Origin: a virus
Virus record (IMG/VR): IMGVR_UViG_3300049201_000035
Location: 1,143-65,142 of that record
DNA length: 64,000 nt
Reading direction: 5' to 3' (one strand)
Shown here: one piece after another, positions 55,886 to 64,000 of the stretch
How the letters are laid out: the number at the start of each line of letters is the position of its first letter
Numbering within the stretch: position 1 is the first letter of the stretch
Notes under the pieces: model-generated
What the model saw: the letters and a program-made list of their open reading frames with translations, nothing else
Databases searched by the model: none
What the model was told of the DNA's origin: nothing
Position numbers and translations under genes: made by a program

Positions 55886-56302
55886 ATGAAAACAGAATTA
55901 AACGATTCGCTAAGGATGAGATTCTTCGCTCAATACCTTATGTGCTGCGATTGTGGCGACGATGGCGAAGAAATGCGAGAGCCGTGGGACACAAATGCCA
56001 TGCATAGCCTGATAGAAGCAGAGCAGGAGCAAGCTTTTTTGTTTCTGAGGCCTATTGCTCAGATCACCGACGAAGAAGCTATTGAAGTGGCGAAGATGGG
56101 TGGATATCGGATTTCGTTTACTATGCCTCCAAATGATATCAGGAAATTATTGATGGAGAACGTCCCTAATGACACCAGATGGACAACACTTGGCTCACAC
56201 ACAGTTGACTACCTCCGATCAATCGGAATCGCCTTGCCGTTTATGGGCCACTCAGTTCAGGAATTATGCGACGCTGGCTGGATTAAACTTATCACCCCAT
56301 GA
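55886..56302 (+). CDS. Hypothetical protein
   Basis: LFLRPIAQITDEEAIEV..DYLRSIGIALPF. Confidence 0.6.
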   Translation: MKTELNDSLRMRFFAQYLMCCDCGDDGEEMREPWDTNAMHSLIEAEQEQAFLFLRPIAQITDEEAIEVAKMGGYRISFTMPPNDIRKLLMENVPNDTRWTTLGSHTVDYLRSIGIALPFMGHSVQELCDAGWIKLITP

Positions 56303-56940
56303 ACCCAAAACCATTCTATCCCCTAAAACAGGAGATACAGCCGCTGTTGGAGGGACGGCAGACGGCGATAGTGAGGCCGGTTAAAATCCAACCAGAAGAC
56401 CGTGGGCTTCGTTATGAAATGAGGTTCAACGGAACGCCTGGATGGGAAGACTGGCACGGACGCCCGTATGATTGTCCTTTTGGTAATCCAAGAACGGTAT
56501 TGATGTGTAAGGAGCCATTCTATGCCTATGATTGGTATGAGGCGGACACTGAAAGAATTGAAGAGTCTGGCGTCTTATACCGAGTTGACGAACCAACTAA
56601 TCGACCTTTCGGAATAAGTTATGAAGCGTGCGCTCATGAGTATGGCTACCAGAACAAGGATATGTGGCCGAGATGGAAGTCAGGAGTGATCATGCCAAAA
56701 TCCGCCTGCCGCCTCTGGCTGGAAGTTGTGGATGTGAAGGTTTGTAGAGTATTTGAGGTGACAAATGAAATGGCTGTGGCTCTCGGGTGGGAATATTACG
56801 AGGATAACGATAAATATAAGCATAGTGTAATGGAATTTAAAGCCGGATTCTGGCACCAATACGGGGTGAAGTTTTATAATACTAACCCGTGGATTTGGTA
56901 TGCTGCCATAAAGCGAATAGATAAACCTGAAAACCCATGA
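56299..56940 (+). CDS. ASCH-like phage protein
   Basis: LLEGRQT..RP..CPFG..KEPF..MPKSACRLWLEV..NPWIW. Confidence 0.6.
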   Translation: MNPKPFYPLKQEIQPLLEGRQTAIVRPVKIQPEDRGLRYEMRFNGTPGWEDWHGRPYDCPFGNPRTVLMCKEPFYAYDWYEADTERIEESGVLYRVDEPTNRPFGISYEACAHEYGYQNKDMWPRWKSGVIMPKSACRLWLEVVDVKVCRVFEVTNEMAVALGWEYYEDNDKYKHSVMEFKAGFWHQYGVKFYNTNPWIWYAAIKRIDKPENP

Positions 56941-57374
56941 GCGACTTGAAGAAATCGATCGCAAAGATCAAAAACACCAGAGGGTATGAGAACTTGACAG
57001 AGGTTCTCGGCAAAGATTTGGGCAACTCCCTGTATTCGCTTGTTAAGGAGTCCGAATTGGCAGACAAAGAGCTAGATTTAACTCATAAGTGCATTACTGA
57101 ATTATATGAGGTTGATAAAGCCGTTCCGGTTATTCAAAAGTATTTGAAGAAAATTGAAAGCCTAAGCATGGAACAGATAAAGCTCGAAGTGGGAAAATCA
57201 TATGTTGAGCGAGATCCATGGGCTTATAAGCCAATACGGATTGTGAAAAAGCGTCGATTCAACGGGATTTATCGATACAAAGCTGACAACGGTAATTATT
57301 ATGAAGAAGATGGTCTTTTCTGCCCCAATTTAAACGTCAGACAATTCGACCTCGTCCGGGAAGTAACACCTTAA
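56937..57374 (+). CDS. Hypothetical protein
   Basis: 145 aa. Confidence 0.55.
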   Translation: MSDLKKSIAKIKNTRGYENLTEVLGKDLGNSLYSLVKESELADKELDLTHKCITELYEVDKAVPVIQKYLKKIESLSMEQIKLEVGKSYVERDPWAYKPIRIVKKRRFNGIYRYKADNGNYYEEDGLFCPNLNVRQFDLVREVTP

Positions 57375-57389
57375 ACAAACAACAGAAAG

Positions 57390-57644
57390 ATGGACTTTAA
57401 AATCATTGAATTAGACGACACTGTGTGCCTGCATCGCGATCGTGATGAAGATGGCAATGAAACTGTAAGAATAACTGCGTTTTTGGAAGATAATGGCGGC
57501 TCCGACTTTCAAGCAGAAGAGACGATCATTCTTCCATCCGAAAGCATGGTATGGAGTTTCATTCGCGATTTTTCTGATGAATCGGCGCGGGACTGGCTGG
57601 ATGATCAGTATGATAAGGCTGGAATTAAAACCGATGAAACCTGA
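57390..57644 (+). CDS. Acidic hypothetical protein
   Basis: 84 aa. Confidence 0.5.
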   Translation: MDFKIIELDDTVCLHRDRDEDGNETVRITAFLEDNGGSDFQAEETIILPSESMVWSFIRDFSDESARDWLDDQYDKAGIKTDET

Positions 57645-57695
57645 ACTAACCCCGCCCTTATTTAAGAAACTGAGGTTAAAACTGAACTAAGAGAG

Positions 57696-57929
57696 ATGGA
57701 ACACATAGCTGTGATTGCTTACTGGAACTGGGAGTTCAACCTCGTTGTCGATGAAGAGAGGGAAAATGAACCTGATGAGTCGTATGAATTTTACCACATT
57801 AAGAGCGTGTCGTCGATTCCTAAAAATATCCGATTCGACCGCGTATTGACTGGTGCGGCTTGCGAAGATATTTTCACATATTCAGAGATGGAAGGCATTC
57901 GGGGATCCATTCCTTTAAACCGAAGTTGA
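57696..57929 (+). CDS. Hypothetical protein
   Basis: 77 aa. Confidence 0.45.
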   Translation: MEHIAVIAYWNWEFNLVVDEERENEPDESYEFYHIKSVSSIPKNIRFDRVLTGAACEDIFTYSEMEGIRGSIPLNRS

Positions 57930-57932
57930 ATC

Positions 57933-58382
57933 ATGAACACATCAGAAGCAAAATTAGCCGCGATTAAATCGGCGTACGGGGATGCTTGGGAGAAAGTAAA
58001 GGATCACCTAGACGAGCACGGGTGGTGCCTCCGTAACGTCAATGGCAAAAGAACCAACGGAATGGAGCCGGAAGTTAATGGGTTTGAGTTAAGCCAAATT
58101 CACATTTTACAGCCATCGCGAGACGGATTTTATAGGTCGATCATATATCCAAGTCATCTGCTTTTCAAGTGGCGGCCAAAAAGTATTCATGGATTGGAAG
58201 ATAATAATGGGTGGAGGAGGATCGACGAGCAAGGGCCGAATGTTGCCGGAGATTACTATGTGTGTGCTAATGGAAAATTTGACGGTACAATAATGAATTC
58301 TCACGAAATAAATCTGATTGGAAATCCATTTGAAGTTAGCCATTGGAGGCCCATTGATCCAGTAGATCAGCCAATTTATTAA
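57933..58382 (+). CDS. Hypothetical protein (DUF551-like C-terminus)
   Basis: W.RIDEQGP..VSHWRPI. Confidence 0.55.
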   Translation: MNTSEAKLAAIKSAYGDAWEKVKDHLDEHGWCLRNVNGKRTNGMEPEVNGFELSQIHILQPSRDGFYRSIIYPSHLLFKWRPKSIHGLEDNNGWRRIDEQGPNVAGDYYVCANGKFDGTIMNSHEINLIGNPFEVSHWRPIDPVDQPIY

Positions 58383-58399
58383 CCCAAAACACAAAAGCC

Positions 58400-58777
58400 A
58401 TGAAAGTATTAAAGCTAATAGAAAGTCCACCCGAAAATCCTGTTTTTGGATACGTAATTTGGACAGACCCTGAGCGGGATGGAGCAATTCACATCGAGGA
58501 TGTGATTCCAGCTAATGAGGAATATTTACCCACGCTATTCGAAGATCGTTTCGTCGGAAATCCTCGGATCGTAAATGATCAATTTGAAAAGCAATCACTG
58601 AGGTGGGAATTTGTGAATGTGGATATCTCAATCACGGGCAATACAGTGCGCATAATCGAGCCAACGGAACACGAAACAAGGGCGGCAGCTTACGAAAACA
58701 AGCGCGTGCCAACTGCGTATGAGGTGGAAATATGGAAGGATGCCATCGCTTGGTATAAGAGAAAAGTAGGTCGTTGA
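58400..58777 (+). CDS. Hypothetical protein
   Basis: 125 aa. Confidence 0.5.
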   Translation: MKVLKLIESPPENPVFGYVIWTDPERDGAIHIEDVIPANEEYLPTLFEDRFVGNPRIVNDQFEKQSLRWEFVNVDISITGNTVRIIEPTEHETRAAAYENKRVPTAYEVEIWKDAIAWYKRKVGR

Positions 58778-58802
58778 TCCGATAGTAACACCCTCATTCG
58801 CC

Positions 58803-59369
58803 TCAAAAGAACGAACTGACCGCCTTAATATCATTATGAACCAAAGGGCTCAGTTTCTCGCCTGCACCTTGCCAGAAGTAAATCTTAACGGGATTCTCGC
58901 TGTGAAACTCCTGGCACCAGACGTGATGAGTACCGCGCTCGTAAGTTGTTTCGACAACCAAGTAATGAGCTGATGGAAGGAATATCTTTTGTTCTGGCCG
59001 GTTCTTAACCTGATGAGCGATAAACCTATCCATGATCGATTCATCCAAGGCTATTTCAAGGTCAGTGAAAGCTTTGATGATCTGATCTCGGATGATCTTC
59101 TTTTCCTGGGTAACGTCGGTTCTATTGGCCGACTCAATGCCGATTTTAACCCAGATATCGCCCGTTTTAGGACTGAACGCGCTGATTGAGTGGTTTGCTA
59201 TGACAACGGGAGCGTTTGGACAAGCGACAACCGTCCCTTTTTGGAGAAAGATCACATCTCCTGTTCGTAGGTATCCAGCTTTCATGTTGTTGATGATATC
59301 AAAATTTGGGTTGCAATGATATCGAGAAGTGGGGAGGTTGTCAAGTGGTATTCGCATTATTAGGATCAA
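58803..59369 (-). CDS. Hypothetical protein
   Basis: 188 aa isolated minus-strand ORF. Confidence 0.5.
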   Translation of the reverse strand: MILIMRIPLDNLPTSRYHCNPNFDIINNMKAGYLRTGDVIFLQKGTVVACPNAPVVIANHSISAFSPKTGDIWVKIGIESANRTDVTQEKKIIRDQIIKAFTDLEIALDESIMDRFIAHQVKNRPEQKIFLPSAHYLVVETTYERGTHHVWCQEFHSENPVKIYFWQGAGEKLSPLVHNDIKAVSSFF

Positions 59370-59413
59370 AAATTTGTATATTTAGGGATTGAAAATCTTG
59401 ATATCATTTTAGT

Positions 59414-59680
59414 ATGACACACACCGCTGCGGGTCCTTCCACCTTCGAAATACACGAAACAATCGATCTCATCCAAAAGAAAATCGATTCCGGCGCCATC
59501 TCCGAAGAGGTCAAGGCGGGATATGAAGAAGCGCTGAACATCCTGGTCCATCGCAAGCGATCTTACAAGGACATTGATCCGGCTTTGAAAGGAGAGAGGG
59601 GCGCGGCTATCGCGGTGCTTGCGGTTGATTATTTGGCCGGGGAAGTGGAGCAGAAGGCTTTAGTTGGGATTGTGAAGTGA
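59414..59680 (+). CDS. Hypothetical protein
   Basis: 88 aa. Confidence 0.55.
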   Translation: MTHTAAGPSTFEIHETIDLIQKKIDSGAISEEVKAGYEEALNILVHRKRSYKDIDPALKGERGAAIAVLAVDYLAGEVEQKALVGIVK

Positions 59681-59692
59681 ACTATCTATTAT

Positions 59693-59851
59693 ATGAAACG
59701 AATCGAAGTGGAGTCGCACGATTTACAATTTTTCAAGATGCTGATTCAAGAGAAGTTGGAAGCTGGATGGATGATTGAGTCAGAAGTGGAAGTTGTCCGC
59801 GATGAGTCTGGGCGGGCTATTCAATATAAACAAATTCTATTTAGACTTTAA
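59693..59851 (+). CDS. Small hypothetical protein (52 aa)
   Basis: Hand-translated MKRIEVESHDLQFF... Confidence 0.4.
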   Translation: MKRIEVESHDLQFFKMLIQEKLEAGWMIESEVEVVRDESGRAIQYKQILFRL

Positions 59852-59863
59852 AGACAAATAGCA

Positions 59864-60058
59864 ATGGAAAACAATCTACCCAACGAAGAAGAAAAGCCGA
59901 AACCAGTTTCACATGGAAACCCGTTTGATAAACTTATGGCGAGCGCTGAGAAAATCATTGAAAGGGCGAAGCCGTCAATTGAGCGGCATGCAAAAAATGC
60001 AGAGAAGATTGTCGAAGCTCATTTCGGCAAATCGAAACCAACGAAAGAAAAAAAATGA
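59864..60058 (+). CDS. Hypothetical protein
   Basis: 64 aa. Confidence 0.45.
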   Translation: MENNLPNEEEKPKPVSHGNPFDKLMASAEKIIERAKPSIERHAKNAEKIVEAHFGKSKPTKEKK

Positions 60059-60318
60059 ACCACACACAAACCGAATTCCCACTGGCATCGCTCGAAGAAT
60101 CGTTCAACTACGCCAAGCAAAACCCGAAAGCGACCGTATCGCAGATTCTAAAAGCGATTCCTGAGCCGTCGATCGATCCGACAGGGGAGAAGCAGTACTT
60201 CTATGATATGGAAGACCTGACGGCCTGTATTGAGTCGGCCAAGGCTAGTCCCGATAGCGAGTTTGTGGATTACTTCAAGGCGATGAAGCATGAGGATTTT
60301 GATTTAAAGGTAAGGTAG
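60055..60318 (+). CDS. Hypothetical protein
   Basis: 87 aa, ATGA coupling. Confidence 0.5.
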   Translation: MNHTQTEFPLASLEESFNYAKQNPKATVSQILKAIPEPSIDPTGEKQYFYDMEDLTACIESAKASPDSEFVDYFKAMKHEDFDLKVR

Positions 60319-60339
60319 ACACTTAAATAAATAGAAACT

Positions 60340-60540
60340 ATGAATGGACGGGAGATTTTTGATAAATACGAGAAGTCCGATCCGGAATACTCTCAAACAC
60401 TTTATACCGCCAGGATGGTTTTGGCGGATGACGATGCATTCTTCAAGAAACTCGAAGAAGCGGAAAAAGCAGGGAAGCGATTGGCTGTTGTTGAAAGTGA
60501 TTTGGAATTCTCAGAGCCCAGCGACGTTATCATTCCTTAG
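60340..60540 (+). CDS. Small acidic hypothetical protein
   Basis: 66 aa, 3' overlap with MuF gene. Confidence 0.5.
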   Translation: MNGREIFDKYEKSDPEYSQTLYTARMVLADDDAFFKKLEEAEKAGKRLAVVESDLEFSEPSDVIIP

Positions 60541-62257
60541 CAAGAAATTCTTCAATCATTTTGATCATATCGTCATATAAATCAGGGGCTGTTTCTTTGA
60601 AAAAGGAGTTGCCCATGAACTTGTTTTCGAAGGCATGAGCAATGAACTCCGCTTGTTTCATGTACGGGGTCTTGAAATATTTCTTCGTGTGCCCAGCCCC
60701 GTAGTTCTGGTTTAAACTCATTAGTGTGTCAGCAAAGCTGCCAGCCTCTTCAATGCCTTTGAAGTCATTCTCCTTAACTGCTTTTCTGAATGCAGTCGTC
60801 CATTTCTGGTTTAAGTCAGAATAAGATTGGTTCTTTCTGAACTGCGTTTGGTATTTCTCCATCACAGCATAGACCTCGTTTGATTTTCGCAAATCATTGT
60901 CCCAATCGACCGCGTGCCCGTACTCGTGATAGAGAATCTTTTGCTGAAAGTCTTTGCTGCGTTCCAGGCGCCTGTCGCTGGCGATGGTGACAGTTTTTCT
61001 TGAAGGGGAGTAGTGGGATGATCCTTTCTTCGAGAAAGTGAGCGGCACATCTTGTTTTAGTTTCGAGAAAAGTTGCCTATCAATCTCAATTCCGTATTTC
61101 TTTTCGTACTGAGCAAGGCCTTCCGGGACGAATCCTTTGGCAGGCTCGACGGGAGCGTCTTTGGTCGCCGTCATCTTCTTTGGAACAGCGAATTTTAATC
61201 CGTTGCCTATCTTCCCATCTTTGAAGTTATCAGTGATAAAGTAGGGCATGCTCTTACTGCGAAGTAGCCGTTCATTATTCCGGTTCATCCAATCATTCCA
61301 GCCTGCCGGCATATCCTTCACCTGGTTGGTGCTGACAAAGTCAGAGGTGTCATCGCCATTGAGCATTTTCACTTCAAGCTCGTTGATCTCTTTGTCTGTG
61401 GCAAGAATGGAAACTACGTGGCATCTACATTGCGCGTGCCACGCACGGAAGAGAAATGATTTTGGATAGCGGCCCTTCAAACTCTCGCAGACGTCGCACT
61501 TAAAGACATTATTGCTCCGGCGTACCTCATAGCCTACGATAAAATCAAGAGTCTGCCAGCGGGCATTATCGGCGGTTCGATACGCCATGTTTGTCTCGGA
61601 TCTAGCAACGCGCATGGCGTTCTTGTAAGAGGATCGGTACACGCCCTGGCCCGGCTTATACTCCTTTGCGTGCTGACTTAATCGCAACACACCTCGCTCA
61701 TCCCTCACCCTCCGAAAAAGCTTATCTGGATTTTCAAGGTACTGGCGAATGTCTCTACTGATCTGATCCGCTGATTTGCCTTCCGCAATGCCCAATTCAA
61801 GCCCCATCTCCAACTCGGACCGGAATTGCTTGGTATTGTTCCATACGCGGTCAGAAAGTCCTAGCCCTCCCGATTTTCGCTCTGCAAACTTTTCTTTCGC
61901 TTCCCGGTTTCGGCCCAACAATCTCGCCAACGCACGTGCATTGAAATTATCTGTTTTCAGTACAGACTTAACCAGGTCGTCGTTTTTATCATTGGCAAAT
62001 TCCCATTCATCAGAAACCGCATCCTCGATTACCGCTTGAATGCTGTTCGCTACTTCTTCAAACAACTTCTCCATCCTTTTCTTCACACCCGGGAAGTTCT
62101 TAAAGAAAAAAGGATCTTCCGGCTTGTGATTCAGAGACACACCAAGCCTGGCCGCGTCACGAATGGCAGCATTGTAAATATTCCGAACCTTCTTTACGTA
62201 TGCTTCTGTACGTTTGAAGTGTTCGTCATCATAACCGGTGACTGAGAATTGGGGCAT
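60530..62257 (-). CDS. MuF/SPP1 gp7-like head morphogenesis protein with C-terminal zinc metallopeptidase domain
   Basis: RVARSETNMAY..CDVC..WHAQCRC; C-terminal HEYGH..AEFIAHAF. Confidence 0.85.
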   Translation of the reverse strand: MPQFSVTGYDDEHFKRTEAYVKKVRNIYNAAIRDAARLGVSLNHKPEDPFFFKNFPGVKKRMEKLFEEVANSIQAVIEDAVSDEWEFANDKNDDLVKSVLKTDNFNARALARLLGRNREAKEKFAERKSGGLGLSDRVWNNTKQFRSELEMGLELGIAEGKSADQISRDIRQYLENPDKLFRRVRDERGVLRLSQHAKEYKPGQGVYRSSYKNAMRVARSETNMAYRTADNARWQTLDFIVGYEVRRSNNVFKCDVCESLKGRYPKSFLFRAWHAQCRCHVVSILATDKEINELEVKMLNGDDTSDFVSTNQVKDMPAGWNDWMNRNNERLLRSKSMPYFITDNFKDGKIGNGLKFAVPKKMTATKDAPVEPAKGFVPEGLAQYEKKYGIEIDRQLFSKLKQDVPLTFSKKGSSHYSPSRKTVTIASDRRLERSKDFQQKILYHEYGHAVDWDNDLRKSNEVYAVMEKYQTQFRKNQSYSDLNQKWTTAFRKAVKENDFKGIEEAGSFADTLMSLNQNYGAGHTKKYFKTPYMKQAEFIAHAFENKFMGNSFFKETAPDLYDDMIKMIEEFLAKE

Positions 62258-62296
62258 AGTGTGTGATTCAAAGGTGTCGAATTCGACAGGGTTGCA

Positions 62297-62815
62297 TTAC
62301 CATTTCTTCCCTACATCCTGCATCCCTTTTGAATAGGAAATGAAGTTGTAGAATTGTCCGTAATCGTGACAAACAAATTTATTGCCGATCCACCCGAAAT
62401 TATCCTCTTTCACATCCCACATGAACTTTGGAATCTTTTTGGGCTTTTCTTTCTTGTAATCGACTTTGGTTCTCTGCATGACCAGCACCCGGCCGTTTGG
62501 TGAAATCCACTTCACAGGAGCGAACCAGTCCTTAACCCATGCAAGATTACCGGTAAGCCCTCTGATCTCATTCCAAAGCATATATTCGGTGACATTGCAA
62601 TTAGTATTCAAGGGCTCGATCTTGATCACGTATTTCTTGTCAAGATTGTACTCGTAAACTGTCCGATAGCATCCTGAGCCTATCTTTTCTCCCACCAAGC
62701 AAGTTATTAAGTCTGACGAAACGGAGGCGAGGTGAGTCAATGTGCATATTTCCTCGGTGCTATTCAGGTTATTTTCAAGCTTCATTAATTCCGGTGCGTG
62801 TACGATTTTGGTCAT
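62297..62815 (-). CDS. Minimal protein-kinase-like protein
   Basis: IGSGCYRTVY, VIK, NVTE, DVKEDN, HDYG. Confidence 0.7.
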   Translation of the reverse strand: MTKIVHAPELMKLENNLNSTEEICTLTHLASVSSDLITCLVGEKIGSGCYRTVYEYNLDKKYVIKIEPLNTNCNVTEYMLWNEIRGLTGNLAWVKDWFAPVKWISPNGRVLVMQRTKVDYKKEKPKKIPKFMWDVKEDNFGWIGNKFVCHDYGQFYNFISYSKGMQDVGKKW

Positions 62816-63021
62816 GTCAAATCCCAGAAGTTTTGATTTACGAGATCAACAATGTCGGTATCTAAGCTGACACTGTTTTTTTGTAGTTTATTAGCGATAT
62901 CAACAAGCGTGTCCTCAATCCGAATTTCCGGCTGCTCTAACCGCTTTCCTTGCTGGCACGTGCAGATAAAGCACAACACTCCGCAGGGCCTTCCAAACTT
63001 CTCTTTGTTAATCAATGTCAT
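62812..63021 (-). CDS. Hypothetical protein
   Basis: 69 aa coupled ORF. Confidence 0.45.
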   Translation of the reverse strand: MTLINKEKFGRPCGVLCFICTCQQGKRLEQPEIRIEDTLVDIANKLQKNSVSLDTDIVDLVNQNFWDLT

Positions 63022-63206
63022 CTCAACACGATATACTTATCATTAATGGTGTCCCCGATCTTAATCTTCCCATCCGTTTCTAAGCTGGCCAGCGCCTTGC
63101 TCACCTCGTTATTCAAATCAAGAAAGGTCGCGTGAATTGGCGAGATCCCGGCGGCCCTTCTGTTTTCAATTATCTGCTCGACCATTTGAAGTACTAGCGC
63201 GTCCAT
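63018..63206 (-). CDS. Hypothetical protein (winged-helix-like)
   Basis: ALASLETDGKIKIGDTIN. Confidence 0.5.
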   Translation of the reverse strand: MDALVLQMVEQIIENRRAAGISPIHATFLDLNNEVSKALASLETDGKIKIGDTINDKYIVLR

Positions 63207-63208
63207 AT

Positions 63209-64000
63209 TTAAAATGAGGGTTCGAGTATATCTCTTGCGGCTTCTTCGGCGTACTCTGCTTTAATTTTGACAAAGTCGCCAGCTGGGTCTTCCGAGAATC
63301 CGGCCAGTTCAACGCTACGCTCTTGGGAAATTATCGGCTTGCCTCCGTTTGCTGCAACCAATACTTCGACCTTGGCTTTTTCGTCAGAAATAATGAAAGG
63401 AACGATTTCGGTTTCGATTTCGAGATCTTCAATGGTTTTATCCCATCCTGATTTTTTATTCATCTGCCCGAGGTAGGCCTTAATGACGCTATACTCGCGA
63501 TCCATAATATCTTCGTAGATATCTGACTCATCGCCAACTTTCAAGTGAGCGTCAGCTAGCAGCCATTTTCTAGCTTCGCCACTGGCGGCTCCGAGGCCTT
63601 TGATATTCTCAAAAGAAAGGTCAGGTAATTGTAGTTCGGTAAAGAACATACGAAGCAGGGTTTCGAATTGAAACCTAACAGATTCTGGCGACTGAGTCCA
63701 GGAGACGTATTCGGCCCCTCCATTCTCCGAGGTGACAAAGACTTTGTTTGCTTCACTCTTCTCAGGAGCTCCCTGTAATTCTCCTTTCAGAAGCAATACC
63801 GGGGCAGCGTGATATTCGATGATGTCGCCATTGGAAGAAACCAGCTTTTCAAGATTGGACACCTTTCGGTTGTCGGCATCTTCCCAAATAGGTTGTGGCC
63901 GGCATCCGTAGATGATAGGTATTTTTCCGATTTGAACAACGGATGGCTCGCCATCTTCAATCCAGTCGGTAGAGGAGTCTTTCCGGTACCGATAATGATT
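63209..64000 (-). CDS. Portal protein, SPP1-type (5' truncated by window edge)
   Basis: Frame open from 64000; GKIPIIY, YHAAP, LPDLSFEN.KG.G..SGEA, IVPF. Confidence 0.88.
   Translation of the reverse strand, partial: NHYRYRKDSSTDWIEDGEPSVVQIGKIPIIYGCRPQPIWEDADNRKVSNLEKLVSSNGDIIEYHAAPVLLLKGELQGAPEKSEANKVFVTSENGGAEYVSWTQSPESVRFQFETLLRMFFTELQLPDLSFENIKGLGAASGEARKWLLADAHLKVGDESDIYEDIMDREYSVIKAYLGQMNKKSGWDKTIEDLEIETEIVPFIISDEKAKVEVLVAANGGKPIISQERSVELAGFSEDPAGDFVKIKAEYAEEAARDILEPSF

Larger units (their letters stand above)
1..64000. mobile_element. Temperate siphovirus-like phage/prophage of Bacteroidota (most of the genome)
   Basis: Capsid, tail, tape measure, portal, integrase, repressor, antirepressor and replication genes; no contiguous host housekeeping region. 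Confidence 0.95.

Overview
The whole window is one temperate siphovirus-like phage of a Bacteroidota host. The host call rests on TAnnTTTG promoters, C/A-rich SD-less leaders, and DUF3127/DUF4494/DUF4373/DUF4468-like genes. Order: head-neck-tail genes (+, 300-10125); a ~13 kb mostly antisense accessory block (10181-22798: RNA ligase, frameshifted PNKP, HAD, RusA-like, ECF sigma, HNH); distal tail genes (+, 23098-27815); tyrosine integrase and probable intact attP; CI-type repressor switch; a long rightward early region (antirepressor, recombination, NAD+-reconstitution-like locus, replication, DnaB, two DNA methyltransferases, many small ORFs); and, on the minus strand at the right end, MuF-zincin, a small kinase and the portal (cut by the edge). 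The layout suggests a circularly permuted or excised genome. No terminase, lysis genes, tRNA, CRISPR or reverse transcriptase were recognised. The most notable items are: (1) a C5-methyltransferase whose catalytic FPC motif is interrupted by CCA-TAA-GGA-CCG, which a Pro-to-Pro ribosomal hop would repair exactly, and which carries a nested second-frame subunit with four PTP modules; (2) a four-gene NARP1-like locus; (3) a two-copy RNA motif with a compensatory base-pair change; (4) an ACACACTA leader motif on structural genes; and (5) several attenuator-like leaders. All family assignments come from motif recognition, not database searches.
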